Notes: generated by a model not told the origin, from the letters alone. Positions 18,478-29,732 are shown, counted from the stretch's first letter. The stretch: DNA of 64,000 nt from Terriglobia bacterium (GCA_965223005.1 CBDCVK010000010.1:1504001-1568000); one strand, 5' to 3'. Made by a program: numbers and translations.

Positions 18478-21051
18478 TCAGCGCCAAGTGATCAGGCCGG
18501 TGCTCATAGGCTCCAGGGCATCGGAGTGAGCCGGCAGCGCGCGCGCCGTGTACCCGTGCCGGACGCTGCGCTCGCAGGGGATCACACCCGTGTAGTGGTG
18601 GATGCCGTCCTGGCAGTTCTGCCAGTTCATAGGCACGGCGCGGGCTTGGCTGATATGCCGTTCGGCACTGAGCGGCCCATAGTAGAGTTCGATGCTGACG
18701 TCTTTCGGCTCGATCGCCCCCAGGCGCACCCCGGCCCGCACTTCCAGCCCCTGGCCCACGTTGGGCATGTCCTTGTTCTGCGCCGCCAAGCTCTCGAAAC
18801 GGATCTGGGACCAGTTCTGTTGCATGTTGCGTTTCCACTGGGCCAGTACCCGGGAACGCTCCAGATTATTGGCTGTCATACGCGCCCCGAAGCGGGCCGC
18901 CGGCAGGTAGAAGCTCTCGGTGTACTCGTGCAGCATGCGGTTGCAACTGAACTGCGGACAGAGCAAGCGCATGGAGTTTTTCATTTTGGTGAGCCAGGGG
19001 CGCGGCAGTCTGTCTTCGTCGCGACGGTAAAACAACGGCACCACCTCGCTCTCCAGCATGTTGTAGAGGGCATTGGACTCCACGTAGTCCTGGTAGGCGG
19101 CGTCCTGGTATTCCTCCCCGGAGCCGATGGCCCAACCGGCTTCCCCCCGGAAGCCTTCGTCCCACCAGCCATCCAGAACGCTCAGGTTCAAGCCACCGTT
19201 GCCTAACACCTTCATGCCGCTGGTGCCGCTGGCTTCCAGCGGCCGCCGGGGGTTGTTCAACCAGATGTCCACCCCATGCACCAGGTAGCGAGCCAGCTGG
19301 ATGTCGTAGTCCTCCAGAAACACCATGTGGCGGTGCAGTTCCTCCTGCTGGCAGGCGGCCACCAGTTCCTTGATGAACTCCTTGCCTTCGTTGTCGCGCG
19401 GGTGCGCCTTGCCCGCAAAGACAAACTGCACCGGCATGGAGGGGTCCAGCAGGATTTTCTTCAGCCGCTCCGGATCGGACAGCAGCAGGGTGGCGCGTTT
19501 ATAGGTAGCAAAGCGGCGGGCAAAGCCGATGGTCAGCGCGTTGCTGTCCAGCACGCCGCGCGCCTTGCGCAGCTCGGCCGGCGGCGCTCCGCGCCGCTGC
19601 AACTGCGCGTGGAGCCGGCGCCGGATAATGGCGATCATCCGCTGGCGGCGCCGCTCGTGCGTGGCCCACAGCTCCTCGTCGGGGATATCCTTCACACGCT
19701 CCCAAATCCAGGCCTCCGCGGGACGGCTCCACCACTCCGGACCCAAGTATCGGTCGAACAGGGTCCCCATCTCGTTGGAGACCCAGGAGCGAAGGTGGAT
19801 GCCGTTCGTGATGCTGGCGATGGGCACTTCGTGTTCCGGAACCTTGGGGAAAAACTTCTGGAACAAGTCGCGCGAGACCTGCCCGTGTAGCTTGCTCACC
19901 CCGTTGGCGGAGGCGCTGGTGCGCAGCGCCAGTACAGCCATGTTAAAGGCCTCCTGGGGATTAAACGGGTTGGCCCGGCCCAAGGCCAGCAACTCGTCGC
20001 GCGAAATTTTCGCTTCCTGCAGGTACTCGCCGAAGTACTTGTCCATTAGGTCTGGGGTAAACACGTCGAAACCGGCGGGCACCGGGGTGTGGGTGGTGAA
20101 GACGCTGCCGGCCCGGGCCGCCTCCAGAGCTTCGCGGAAGCCCACTCCGGCCTCCTGGATGTAGCCGTGGATGCGTTCCAGAGCCAAGAAAGCCGAGTGT
20201 CCTTCGTTCATGTGGTAGACCACGGGCCGGATGCCCACGGCGTAAAGCGCGCGCACCCCACCCATGCCCAACACGATTTCCTGACGGATGCGCGTTTCCC
20301 GGTCGCCACCGTAGAGTTGGTCGGTAATGTCCTGCAATTCGCGTGGGTTGTCGGGGATGTTGGTGTCCAGCAGGTACAGCGGCACCCGGCCCACCTGTAC
20401 CTTCCACACCTTGATCTTCACTCGCGCCCCGGCCAGCCGCAGTTCCACGAAGAGGGGCTGACCGCCTGCAGTCAGCACCGGTTCGAGCGGCAGGTTGTAG
20501 AAGTCGTTGGCTGGATAGCGCTCCTGCTGCCAGCCGTCGGGGGTCAAGTACTGCCGGAAATAGCCCTGTTGGTACAGCAGCCCGACGCCAACTAGCGGGA
20601 TCCCCAAATCGCTGGCCGTCTTCAGATGGTCGCCAGCCAGCACTCCCAGGCCTCCCGAGTATATCGGCAGGCATTCGGCCAACCCGTACTCAGCCGAAAA
20701 GTAAGCGATGCACGGGCGCTCGTCGCCGTGCTTCTTGTCCCACCAGGTGGCCTCTTTCATGTAAGTGGTGAATTTTTCGTAAGCCCGCGAATAAGAGGCC
20801 ATGTAACTATCGTCGCGAGCCGCGGCTTGCAGACGTTCCTGGGCGATGCTGCCCAACAACAGCACCGGATTGTGGTAGGTTTCCTCCCACAAGTCGCGAT
20901 CCAGCCGCCGAAAGATTTCGCGAACAGGTTCGTCCCATTGCCAGACTACGTTGTAGGCCATTTCCCGGAGTCCCTTGAGTTCTTCGGGAAGAGTCGGCTG
21001 TACTTGGAAGGTATCAAGTTGCAGCTTCATCATGGCATCGTTGATCGGCAT
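18478..21051 (-). CDS. glgP: Alpha-glucan (glycogen) phosphorylase
   Basis: [36 protein letters not shown] (PLP lysine). Confidence 0.95.
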   Translation of the reverse strand: MPINDAMMKLQLDTFQVQPTLPEELKGLREMAYNVVWQWDEPVREIFRRLDRDLWEETYHNPVLLLGSIAQERLQAAARDDSYMASYSRAYEKFTTYMKEATWWDKKHGDERPCIAYFSAEYGLAECLPIYSGGLGVLAGDHLKTASDLGIPLVGVGLLYQQGYFRQYLTPDGWQQERYPANDFYNLPLEPVLTAGGQPLFVELRLAGARVKIKVWKVQVGRVPLYLLDTNIPDNPRELQDITDQLYGGDRETRIRQEIVLGMGGVRALYAVGIRPVVYHMNEGHSAFLALERIHGYIQEAGVGFREALEAARAGSVFTTHTPVPAGFDVFTPDLMDKYFGEYLQEAKISRDELLALGRANPFNPQEAFNMAVLALRTSASANGVSKLHGQVSRDLFQKFFPKVPEHEVPIASITNGIHLRSWVSNEMGTLFDRYLGPEWWSRPAEAWIWERVKDIPDEELWATHERRRQRMIAIIRRRLHAQLQRRGAPPAELRKARGVLDSNALTIGFARRFATYKRATLLLSDPERLKKILLDPSMPVQFVFAGKAHPRDNEGKEFIKELVAACQQEELHRHMVFLEDYDIQLARYLVHGVDIWLNNPRRPLEASGTSGMKVLGNGGLNLSVLDGWWDEGFRGEAGWAIGSGEEYQDAAYQDYVESNALYNMLESEVVPLFYRRDEDRLPRPWLTKMKNSMRLLCPQFSCNRMLHEYTESFYLPAARFGARMTANNLERSRVLAQWKRNMQQNWSQIRFESLAAQNKDMPNVGQGLEVRAGVRLGAIEPKDVSIELYYGPLSAERHISQARAVPMNWQNCQDGIHHYTGVIPCERSVRHGYTARALPAHSDALEPMSTGLITWR

Positions 21052-21201
21052 CGAAACCCTCCTGCGGAAAAGCCCGCGGACCGGAGAACAGGCCGAGCCA
21101 TCTTACCTCATAACCGAATTGCATATATCCGCTGAACCTTGCCAACGGTGCGTTCCCTGCCCAAATCGCGACGGAGCCTTCGGATCGCTTGGCGCCAGCC
21201 A

Positions 21202-21231
21202 TTGACACTCCCAACGAATCCTTCGTAGAAT
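21202..21231 (+). promoter_or_regulatory. Candidate sigma70 promoter of dksA
   Basis: TTGACA-N18-TAGAAT. Confidence 0.55.
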
Positions 21232-21280
21232 CGCGGGTTGGCCAAATATCGGTCCGCCAAGTACCCTGCGAGAAGGCCAG

Positions 21281-21634
21281 ATGGATAAAAAGAAACTCGA
21301 GCATTACAAACGGCGACTGCTTGCGAAGCGGGAAGAACTGGAGCGGATCGTGTCGCGGGCCGAACTGGATGGCCGCTCGGCGGACGAAGAGACCCCGCAG
21401 GATCTGGCCGACACGGCAGCCAATTCTTATACCAAGGAATTCTTGTTTAGCCAGAGCAACCACGACCGCGACGTGCTCCAGCTAGTCCTCGAAGCGTTGG
21501 AGCGAATCGAAGAGAAACACTACGGCGAGTGCGTCCACTGCGGCGGCGAGATGCAACAGAAGCGCTTGGAAGCCGTGCCCTGGGCGCGCCATTGTATTCC
21601 CTGCCAGGAAAAGCAAGAGCAGGGGCTGCTGTAG
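21281..21634 (+). CDS. dksA: DksA/TraR C4 zinc-finger regulator
   Basis: DLADTA coiled-coil tip, YGECVHC...RLEAVPWARHCIPC. Confidence 0.85.
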   Translation: MDKKKLEHYKRRLLAKREELERIVSRAELDGRSADEETPQDLADTAANSYTKEFLFSQSNHDRDVLQLVLEALERIEEKHYGECVHCGGEMQQKRLEAVPWARHCIPCQEKQEQGLL

Positions 21635-21662
21635 GCCCTTCCAGACTGCTCCGTTTCCCACC

Positions 21663-22436
21663 GTGTCGAATCAGCCTGAAGTGGCGCAATTTGATTCCAC
21701 GACTGGTCAGTTTTTTCACTCCCTGTTCGCTGTTCTGTTCCCCGACCAGTGCCGGCTGTGTGCCGAGCCTCTGGAGGAGCTGACGCGGGTTCCCGTCTGC
21801 CGGCCCTGCCTGCAGAACCTCCACCCGCTTCGGACGGGCGCCGGGCTCTGCCACTGCTGCGGGATTCCCCGCGAGGTGGCAGCGGGGTCGTTGTGCGCCC
21901 GCTGCATAGCCGGCGAATATGATTTCCAGCAGGCCCGCGGCTTCGGCGCCTACGACGGCGCCTTGCGCGAGGTCCTGCACCTGTTCAAGTACCAAGGGAT
22001 GCGCCCGCTGGCGGCGCCACTGGCCGAGCGGCTGGCCGTTGCCTTCCACCAGCAGCAGTGGGACGGCGGCGAGTTTGCCGGAGTGGTAGCCGTGCCGCTG
22101 GCGCGAGCGCGCCAGCGGCAGCGCGGCTTCAACCAGGCACACCTGTTGGCCCGCGAATTGGGTCGCCGGGTAGGACTGCCGGTATTGGAAGACGCCTGCC
22201 GCCGCATCCGCGCCACCGCGCTGCAGACCGGACTGACCCGCGCACAGCGTTTGGAAAACGTGCGCGGCTCCTTCGCTCCAGGTCCCCGCGCCACTCTGTT
22301 AGCCGGCCGTGACATTCTGCTGATTGACGACGTGCTGACCACCGGCGCCACCCTCAGCGCCTGCGCTCGGACGCTCCGCCAGGCCGGGGCGCGGCGGGTC
22401 TGCGCGCTCACCGTCGCCCGCACCGTGGAATCCTGA
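21663..22436 (+). CDS. comF: ComF family protein
   Basis: Double zinc ribbon, RGFNQA, LIDDVLTTGAT. Confidence 0.9.
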   Translation: MSNQPEVAQFDSTTGQFFHSLFAVLFPDQCRLCAEPLEELTRVPVCRPCLQNLHPLRTGAGLCHCCGIPREVAAGSLCARCIAGEYDFQQARGFGAYDGALREVLHLFKYQGMRPLAAPLAERLAVAFHQQQWDGGEFAGVVAVPLARARQRQRGFNQAHLLARELGRRVGLPVLEDACRRIRATALQTGLTRAQRLENVRGSFAPGPRATLLAGRDILLIDDVLTTGATLSACARTLRQAGARRVCALTVARTVES

Positions 22437-22453
22437 GTGCCTCCGTCGCGGTT

Positions 22454-23197
22454 TTGTTGTACATTGGCGCCATGAGACGAGCGGCTTTTCTCTGCCTTCT
22501 ATGTGCGGTGGCAACGTGTGCCCAACAGCGGCCGCTGGAAATCATCTCCAGCCCGCAGGGCGATATCCGCATCACCCCCATACGCCACGCCAGCGTGATG
22601 CTGCAGTTTAACGACAAGATCATCCACGTGGACCCGTGGAGCCAGGGCAACTACAGCGGCCTTCCGCAGGCCGACCTGATCCTGATCACTGACATCCACG
22701 GCGATCACATGGACCCGAAGGCCATCGCCCAGCTGAAAAAGGCGGACACCAAGATCGTGGCACCAGCCGCCGTGCAAGAGACGGTGACCGAGGCGGAGGT
22801 GATCCAGAACGGCGAGACGAAGACGGTCCTGGGCATCCAGGTCGAAGCGGTCCCGATGTACAACCTGGAGCGCGGACCCAAGCCGGGAACCCTGTACCAC
22901 GACAAGGGCCGGGGCAACGGCTACGTGCTCACGCTGGGGGGGAAGCGGATGTATTTTTCCGGCGATACGGCATGCGTCCCGGAGGTCAAGAAGCTCAAGA
23001 AGATTGACGTGGCCTTCCTCACCATGAACCTGCCTTACACGATGCCACCGAACGAAGCCGCCGCCTGCGTCAAGGCGTTCCGGCCCAAGATCGTCTACCC
23101 GTACCACTACCGCGGCTCGGATCTGAAGGTGTTCAAAAGGGCCTTGCGGAAGTACGAGGAAATTGTGGTGGTTCGCCTCCGCGACTGGTACTACTGA
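22454..23197 (+). CDS. Exported MBL-fold metallo-hydrolase
   Basis: ITDIHGDHMD, FSGDT, YPYHY. Confidence 0.88.
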   Translation: MLYIGAMRRAAFLCLLCAVATCAQQRPLEIISSPQGDIRITPIRHASVMLQFNDKIIHVDPWSQGNYSGLPQADLILITDIHGDHMDPKAIAQLKKADTKIVAPAAVQETVTEAEVIQNGETKTVLGIQVEAVPMYNLERGPKPGTLYHDKGRGNGYVLTLGGKRMYFSGDTACVPEVKKLKKIDVAFLTMNLPYTMPPNEAAACVKAFRPKIVYPYHYRGSDLKVFKRALRKYEEIVVVRLRDWYY

Positions 23198-23241
23198 TGA
23201 ATGCTGGTACTGCGGATGAGTGGCGGCACTACTGATGAATG
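23185..23241 (+). repeat. 19-bp tandem triplication of the MBL gene 3' end
   Basis: ctggtactactgatgaatg / ctggtactgcggatgagtg / gcggcactactgatgaatg. Confidence 0.75.
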
Positions 23242-23382
23242 AAGGGTGAGCGGCGATTTCTCACCCTTCACTCTTAGAATTCGGAATCAACGCAGATTAA
23301 TCCCTTCTCTTACTGACTTGCTAGCCAGATTACGATGCTGCCTGCACCGCGCCTTGGCTACAAGCTGCATGGTCGCGTCCGT

Positions 23383-23889
23383 CTAACGGGTAGACGTGCC
23401 GACCAACGCTAATCTTTGCATGTCCCCTTGTGCGGTGGCGAATGACCGCCCATCGTCGTGTTCCTCCGCGATGAACGCGGTGATAGTGGGCAGCTCGATA
23501 GGAAGCGGAAACTCTGTCCAGAATGTGGCGTCCCCAGTGAAGTCCACGTTGAAGACATGGTACTGGGGATGGTATGGTTCGAGCCCAGCTTGCGGTGCAA
23601 AGTAGAGAGCGTGGGCTACGCCCATACGGGGTTGTCTGAGACCAGTTACGCTAACGTGTGCTTCCCCGCTCCCTGCACCTTGACTAAATGTGTGCAGAGT
23701 TATGGTCGCGTTAGGCGGGACTCTATCCCTAAGTGGGGCACATGGTTGGCAGTTTTCGACCGGGTCAAACATGATTACCCTGGCATTGTTTGAGCCGGCG
23801 AAGCTAACGTCTCCGGGACTAAACAGCAAAAACAGAGCCACCGCAGTCATCAAGAGTCCCGACAGTACAAGTTTCACAGAGCTTCTCAT
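23383..23889 (-). CDS. Secreted hypothetical protein in a lower-GC stretch
   Basis: RBS GGAGG, signal peptide ending SFA, CQPC. Confidence 0.65.
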   Translation of the reverse strand: MRSSVKLVLSGLLMTAVALFLLFSPGDVSFAGSNNARVIMFDPVENCQPCAPLRDRVPPNATITLHTFSQGAGSGEAHVSVTGLRQPRMGVAHALYFAPQAGLEPYHPQYHVFNVDFTGDATFWTEFPLPIELPTITAFIAEEHDDGRSFATAQGDMQRLALVGTSTR

Positions 23890-24115
23890 TGTTCCTTCCT
23901 CCTTCGTTTTGAGCTGCTGATTTCGCCGCTTCTGGTCCATGCGGTCAGTGCGCACTTCTCTTTTGAGCTTTAGCGGGTAGGGATAGGAACGGTCGGCTTC
24001 CTGGGGTTCAACCTGAGATTCGTCGAACGAAAATCCCCCTGCCAGTCCCCCCTAAGCTATGCGCAGTCTGCTAGGGGACAAAGCTGTTGTCAATGAAGCA
24101 AAAGTCCTATCAGTA

Positions 24116-25459
24116 CTATAGGGACCTCTTCTCGGTGGCATCGTGCACTGACAATCGGGCTTGTAGGGAAGAGCCTAATCTTCCGCCCCTCGCAAGCCAA
24201 CCACCCACCAGCACCGCGTAGAACGGTACGTACACCAGCAGCAGGATCATAGGATTGTCTTCCCAGACTCCCAGCGCTGCATAGCCGATGAGGACTTCAT
24301 AGAAGAGGAAGACCAGCACCGTAAACAACAACCAGGCAGGGTTAGGGAAAATGGCCAGCAGCGGCAGAATCCAGGTGAGGTACCAGGGAAAGACGTTGGC
24401 CGCGCACGCCAGAGTGGTTCCCAAGATGACAAAGGCCGCCCGCAGGAGGGCAACTCGGCGACCAGCCAGAAATCCGGCCATTCCGGCCACGACCGCGACA
24501 AAGACGACGCTCGCTCCCGTGTGCGATCCGGTCACCGCGTGAAACAGGGCAAACAGGCCGTCGTTGTTGCGCCATTTCTGGGCGAACATGGACAACCCGG
24601 GTAGCACCTGAACCAGGCCCTCGCGAAAAGGCCAGTACCCAACTGCCCCGCACAGCACCGGCAGCAGCAACCAGCGCCAGCGCCCACGTTCCAGCCACCG
24701 GGCCAGCACCACCGGCCAGAGAAAAGCGGTGAATAGCTTGGTCAACGTAGAGAGGGCAAGGGCCACCAGGGACCAGGCCTTCTCGCCGGCTGCAAACCCG
24801 AGCAGCGCCAGGAGAAGAAAGAAGACGGCCACCGAATCGTTGTGACCACTGGCGGCAAACTCGATCACGGCCAGCGGCGACCACCAGTAGACCAGCACCC
24901 GCTGCTTCGGCAACCCGAGCCGCCCCAGCAACAGCACCAATAGCAGAGCCGCGCCGAAGTCGAAGGCCAGCATCGGCACTTTCATCAGCAAGACAGAGAG
25001 GTAAACGCTGCCCGGCGCCATAGCGACTGGGTACCAGAAGCGGAAAAGCAATTCGGTGAACGGGCCGTAAATGGCCACATAGTGCTTGCCGGCCACGCCT
25101 TGGTAGGTTTCGTCCCGCAGGTGCTCGAGCTGCGGGTCGGCCGGCGGGAGCAGGTAGGGGTTGTAGCCAGCCACTTGCATCTTGCCGTCCCAGCGGTAGC
25201 GGATCAGGTCATCGGAAAGCGAGGGATAGAGAGGAAACAGGGTCGCGCGAAACACCAGGCCCGCGACAAAGATGAACCGCAACGTCCACCGGCCGGCCGC
25301 GGGCAAAGGGCGAAAAACCAGCCAGACCGAAATCAGGTATAATAGGCCGGCCGCCAGGGCGAGCGGAATGAACCGCACCACCTGCTCCTTCAAATTACCG
25401 AGGAGCAGGATGAGGACGTAGGCAGCCTCCAGCGCTCCGGCCAGCAGCCAAAGGGTCAT
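24116..25459 (-). CDS. GT-C polytopic glycosyltransferase (GT87-like)
   Basis: SDDLIRYRWDG, YGP, SGHNDS, FPWY; many TM segments. Confidence 0.85.
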   Translation of the reverse strand: MTLWLLAGALEAAYVLILLLGNLKEQVVRFIPLALAAGLLYLISVWLVFRPLPAAGRWTLRFIFVAGLVFRATLFPLYPSLSDDLIRYRWDGKMQVAGYNPYLLPPADPQLEHLRDETYQGVAGKHYVAIYGPFTELLFRFWYPVAMAPGSVYLSVLLMKVPMLAFDFGAALLLVLLLGRLGLPKQRVLVYWWSPLAVIEFAASGHNDSVAVFFLLLALLGFAAGEKAWSLVALALSTLTKLFTAFLWPVVLARWLERGRWRWLLLPVLCGAVGYWPFREGLVQVLPGLSMFAQKWRNNDGLFALFHAVTGSHTGASVVFVAVVAGMAGFLAGRRVALLRAAFVILGTTLACAANVFPWYLTWILPLLAIFPNPAWLLFTVLVFLFYEVLIGYAALGVWEDNPMILLLVYVPFYAVLVGGWLARGGRLGSSLQARLSVHDATEKRSL

Positions 25460-25520
25460 TGGGGGATTTCTGCTACCCGTTGTTCAGCGGGTCGCTCGTT
25501 TGAGCAAAGTATCATAGCGG

Positions 25521-27158
25521 ATGGGCACCCTTCTTTTATATCTAGTGTTTCCCGCTGGGCAACCTTCTTTATGGAAGCAGGTCAAGGTATTTCTCTTCGA
25601 CCGAACCTTCGAAAATGTCTACCAGCCCAACGCCTTCGATGTGGCGATCCTGACACCCTACTTTCTGGTGCTGGCGGTGCTTTCGGCCTACGGGCTGCAC
25701 CGCTACTGGCTGGTTTACAGCTACCACCGGCACCGTCGCCGGCGCGCGGTGCCGCCGCCGGCCCGCTGGGAACGGCTGCCGCGCGTCACGATCCAGTTGC
25801 CGGTGTATAACGAGCGGTTCGTCGTGGAGCGCTTGATTGACAGCGTCTGCCAGATTCAGTACCCGCGGGAGCTGCTGGAAATCCAGGTCCTGGACGACTC
25901 GACGGATGAGACGGTGGAGGAGGCCCGGGCCGCCGTGGAGCGCTACGCGCTTCTGGGGCACCCAATCCGCCACTTCCATCGAACCCACCGGCGGGGCTTC
26001 AAGGCCGGGGCGCTGGCTGCCGGGCTGGAGAAAGCCACCGGGGATTTCATCTGCATCTTCGACGCTGACTTCCTGCCGCCGGCCGACTTCTTGCAGCGCA
26101 CCATCCATTGCTTCACCGACCCGGGCGTGGGAATGGTGCAAACGCGTTGGACGTTCCTGAATCGCGAGTACTCGCTGCTGACCCGGGTGCAAGCCATTCT
26201 GCTGGATGGGCACTTCGTGCTGGAGCACGGCGCGCGCTTCGGCTCCGGCTGCTTCTTCAATTTCAACGGCACGGCGGGCATCTGGCGGCGCGCGGCCATC
26301 GAGCAGGCGGGCGGCTGGCAACACGACACCCTCACCGAAGACACCGACCTCAGCTACCGCGCGCAGTTGCGTGGCTGGAGGTTCCTCTACCTGCCGGACG
26401 TCGAATGCCCCTCGGAGCTGCCGGTGGAGATGACCGCGTTCAAAACCCAGCAGGCTCGCTGGGCCAAGGGCCTGATCCAGACGGCAAGAAAACTGATGCC
26501 GCGGATCTGGACTGCCCCCATCCCCCTGCGCCAGAAAGTGGAGGCCTGGTTCCACCTGACCGCCAACATCAGCTACCCGCTGATGGCCGTTCTGGCTGTG
26601 CTGCTGCTGCCGGCCATGATTGTGCGCTTCTACCAGGGCTGGTTCCAGATGCTCTATATTGACCTGCCCTTGTTTGTGGCGGCCACCTTCTCCATTTCCT
26701 CCTTCTACCTGACCAGCCAGCGTGAACTGTTCCCGCGGCAGTGGACGCGTACCTTCCGCTACCTGCCGTTGCTGATAGGCGTGGGCATCGGGCTCACCAT
26801 CACCAATGCTCGGGCTGTGCTGGAGGCGCTGTGCGGAGTGGCCTCGCCCTTCCAACGCACTCCGAAGTACCGCATCGAATTCCACGCTCAACGGGTACGC
26901 TTGCAGCGGTACCGCGGCCGCGCCGGCTGGGTTCCGGCCATCGAGCTGGCCGTCGGCACCTACTTCCTGGCCACGGTGTTTTACGCGGTAGACTGCCGCA
27001 ATTTTGCTTCCGTCCCCTTTCTGCTGCTCTTCGTCCTGGGCTACTACTACACCGGCTTGATTTCTCTGTTGCAGGGACGGTGGGAGGTGCTGGCGCGTCC
27101 TTTTCAGGCCCTCCGCCTGCGCTGGAACAGGGTCCAGGTTTCAGGCGTCAGGTATTAG
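25521..27158 (+). CDS. GT2 cellulose-synthase-like processive glycosyltransferase
   Basis: LDDSTD, KAG, FDADF, TED, QQARW. Confidence 0.92.
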   Translation: MGTLLLYLVFPAGQPSLWKQVKVFLFDRTFENVYQPNAFDVAILTPYFLVLAVLSAYGLHRYWLVYSYHRHRRRRAVPPPARWERLPRVTIQLPVYNERFVVERLIDSVCQIQYPRELLEIQVLDDSTDETVEEARAAVERYALLGHPIRHFHRTHRRGFKAGALAAGLEKATGDFICIFDADFLPPADFLQRTIHCFTDPGVGMVQTRWTFLNREYSLLTRVQAILLDGHFVLEHGARFGSGCFFNFNGTAGIWRRAAIEQAGGWQHDTLTEDTDLSYRAQLRGWRFLYLPDVECPSELPVEMTAFKTQQARWAKGLIQTARKLMPRIWTAPIPLRQKVEAWFHLTANISYPLMAVLAVLLLPAMIVRFYQGWFQMLYIDLPLFVAATFSISSFYLTSQRELFPRQWTRTFRYLPLLIGVGIGLTITNARAVLEALCGVASPFQRTPKYRIEFHAQRVRLQRYRGRAGWVPAIELAVGTYFLATVFYAVDCRNFASVPFLLLFVLGYYYTGLISLLQGRWEVLARPFQALRLRWNRVQVSGVRY

Positions 27159-27981
27159 CTGGGTCTCCTGACTTTGCCAGCAGCAGAATATCCTGGGTCC
27201 CGTACATGATGTTGACGCGCAGTCGAAAACCAAGCGACTGAATCAGCTCTAGCAAGAAGGACTCTTCATAAGCGATCGCATTCTCCGGATAGCAACCGCT
27301 GTGGGTGGCAAAGTGCCCGTGGCAGCAAGGAAAACAGAGGGGGTGCCTGCCTGTACCCCTGATGGCTTCCTCTCGGGAACGGTAGGTAAAAAATGACGCG
27401 TAAATGGTCCCGCTGCTGTCCAGCATGCGAAACAACTCCCCGAGATAGTGTCGAAGGTCTTCCTCCAGCAGGTGTGTGAAAAGTGAGGTTGCAATGATCA
27501 GGTCAAAGGAGCCATCGGGATGGGGGAAGCGGAAATCTCTGGCGAGTTGTTTTCCCTTGGGATTGTAGGAGCGATTGTAAAGATCGGCACAGTAGAACTG
27601 AAATCGAGTGTTTTTCGAAGCGATGTGCTTTTGGCACCAAAGGATGGCCTTTGCGTTGATGTCCATCCCTGCGTACTGTACGTTCAAACGTAGAAGCTCA
27701 GGATCGGTGGCGAAGCAGTAGGCGACCCGGCCGCAACCACACCCTACATCCAAGATCCGGTAATTCTCTTTGAACAATCCCAGTCGGAAAAATTCGTGCA
27801 AAAACCAGGGTCCCACGTTCTTAAAACCTTTCGATCCGCCGGCCAGAGTGCGAAGGGAATAAGGTGGGAGGTAGAGCTGTCTGGTAAACAACCGATAGAA
27901 AAAATCTAACTTATCAATGACCGGCTCATAAAACCACCGGTATCGGACGTAACTTCTTTCACGCCGCAGCAGAGTCGTCAT
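27148..27981 (-). CDS. Class I SAM-dependent methyltransferase (lower GC)
   Basis: LDVGCGCG, FDLIIATSLFTHL. Confidence 0.85.
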   Translation of the reverse strand: MTTLLRRERSYVRYRWFYEPVIDKLDFFYRLFTRQLYLPPYSLRTLAGGSKGFKNVGPWFLHEFFRLGLFKENYRILDVGCGCGRVAYCFATDPELLRLNVQYAGMDINAKAILWCQKHIASKNTRFQFYCADLYNRSYNPKGKQLARDFRFPHPDGSFDLIIATSLFTHLLEEDLRHYLGELFRMLDSSGTIYASFFTYRSREEAIRGTGRHPLCFPCCHGHFATHSGCYPENAIAYEESFLLELIQSLGFRLRVNIMYGTQDILLLAKSGDPANT

Positions 27982-28388
27982 GGTCTCGCTATCAAACACG
28001 GCCCCAGACAATTTACTCTTTTTCCAGTCCCGCGACCGGCTGTGTATGCCCCCTTCCCTCCCCGACAGTCTCGCATTCCAGCCGGAGGGCAAACAGAGAT
28101 TCGAGCTCCTGGACACGCCCTGTAACAGGGACGCGCTCCTGGGCTGGGCTCACTCAGGTGCTTACAAGGCATTTCATAGTAGACTAACTGACACCGGAAG
28201 CGCGTTTTCAGTGATTTGGGTCGCAGGCTGCTCCAGTCAAAACGGCAGTGGATCAGCAGGCGAAAGGAGCGTGACAGCGAGGCGACCGCGCGCGAAGGAA
28301 ATCCTTGTAGCCATCGGGCCGTGCTTTCTGCTGCCACTTGTTTGGCGCTACGATGCAGGAACCTGAAGGCTGACGCCCGAGGCCCACC

Positions 28389-29732
28389 ATGTTGCGACTC
28401 TACCTTTTGATCGTCTGCTTGCTGGCGGGGCCAGTCGCGGCTGCTCGGGAAAAAGAGTCGCTGGAAAGCTACCAGCGCCGCCGGACGGCCCTCTCCTCGA
28501 AACTCAATGATGGAATCACAGTCGTCTTCGCTTACGAGGAGCCGGAGGGCCCGTCGGCCACTCTCGGTTTCCGACAGAACGAAAATTTTTACTATTTGAC
28601 CGGCATCGCTGGGCCAGGGGGCATCCTGGTACTGGTGCCGCGGCTGACGGACCGCTCTTCGCCGCACTCTGCCAAGGCAGACAAGTTTCCCCGCGAGATT
28701 TTGTTCCTGCCACCCCGCGATCCGAAACAGGAGCGCTGGACCGGCCCTAAGCTCGGCCCCCGAGATCCGGACGCGCGCCAGCGCACCGGGTTTCAGACGG
28801 TGCTCAGCCAGAAAGTCTTCGAGCAAGAGCTTCTGCGGCTGCTGCCCGCCTACGGCGTGCTCTATACAGTGCTCCCCTCAGGCCATAACAGGGGGAATCG
28901 CAGCTTCGAGCACGACCGCTCGAATCGCCTGAAGACGCTGGCGCCATTCGCCAAAATCCGCGATGCCGGGCCCGAGATTGCGAGCCTGCGTCAGGTGAAA
29001 TCCAAGAGCGAACTGGCGCTGTTGGAGAAGGCCACAGACGCTTCGATGGAGGCGCACCGGGAGGCGATGCAGGCTGTGCGCTCAGGGATCTACGAATACG
29101 AAATCGCGGCCCTGATGAAGTACGTCTTTGAGCGGCTAGGCTGTGAGCGGCCTGCCTTTGCCCCGATTGTCGGCTCCGGGTTCAACTCCACCGTGCTGCA
29201 CTACAACGCCAACACGCGACGCATGCAGGCCGGCGACCTGGTGGTTCTGGACGTGGGTGGTGAGTATGGCGGCTACGCGGCTGATATCACACGCACCTTG
29301 CCGGTCTCGGGCAAGTTCACCAGGCGGCAGCGCGAGATTTATGAAATCGTGCTCGGGGCGCAGAAGGCGGCTATCGCCGCCGTCAAGCCGGGTGTGACCA
29401 TCGGTCGCAAGACGCGGAACAGCATTTACAGGATTGCCTATGACTACCTGGACAGTCACGGCAAGGACCGGAATGGGCACCGTCTGGGCAAGTATTTTAT
29501 CCACGGTGTTGGCCATCATCTGGGACTGAACGTTCACGACCCCGGTGATGTGGGCCGGCCTCTGGAGCCGGGCATGGTGATTACCGTCGAGCCCGGCATC
29601 TACATCCCTGAGGAGAACCTCGGAGTGCGTATCGAAGACGTGGTTTTGGTCACCAAAGACGGCGCCCGCGTGCTGACCGAGGCCCTCCCGCGCGAGGCCG
29701 ACGCCATCGAGCGCGCCATGGTCCAACAATGA
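28389..29732 (+). CDS. pepP: Exported Xaa-Pro aminopeptidase (M24B)
   Basis: FRQNENFYYLTG, LHY, DITRT, HGVGHHLGLNVHD, EPGIY, RIEDVV; signal peptide. Confidence 0.88.
   Translation: MLRLYLLIVCLLAGPVAAAREKESLESYQRRRTALSSKLNDGITVVFAYEEPEGPSATLGFRQNENFYYLTGIAGPGGILVLVPRLTDRSSPHSAKADKFPREILFLPPRDPKQERWTGPKLGPRDPDARQRTGFQTVLSQKVFEQELLRLLPAYGVLYTVLPSGHNRGNRSFEHDRSNRLKTLAPFAKIRDAGPEIASLRQVKSKSELALLEKATDASMEAHREAMQAVRSGIYEYEIAALMKYVFERLGCERPAFAPIVGSGFNSTVLHYNANTRRMQAGDLVVLDVGGEYGGYAADITRTLPVSGKFTRRQREIYEIVLGAQKAAIAAVKPGVTIGRKTRNSIYRIAYDYLDSHGKDRNGHRLGKYFIHGVGHHLGLNVHDPGDVGRPLEPGMVITVEPGIYIPEENLGVRIEDVVLVTKDGARVLTEALPREADAIERAMVQQ

Noticed and set aside
25569-26891. Long antisense ORFs (for example 25569..26891, 32813..34132, 39079..40299, 62136..63230)
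   Set aside because: Shadows of high-GC coding genes on the opposite strand, with no family motifs.
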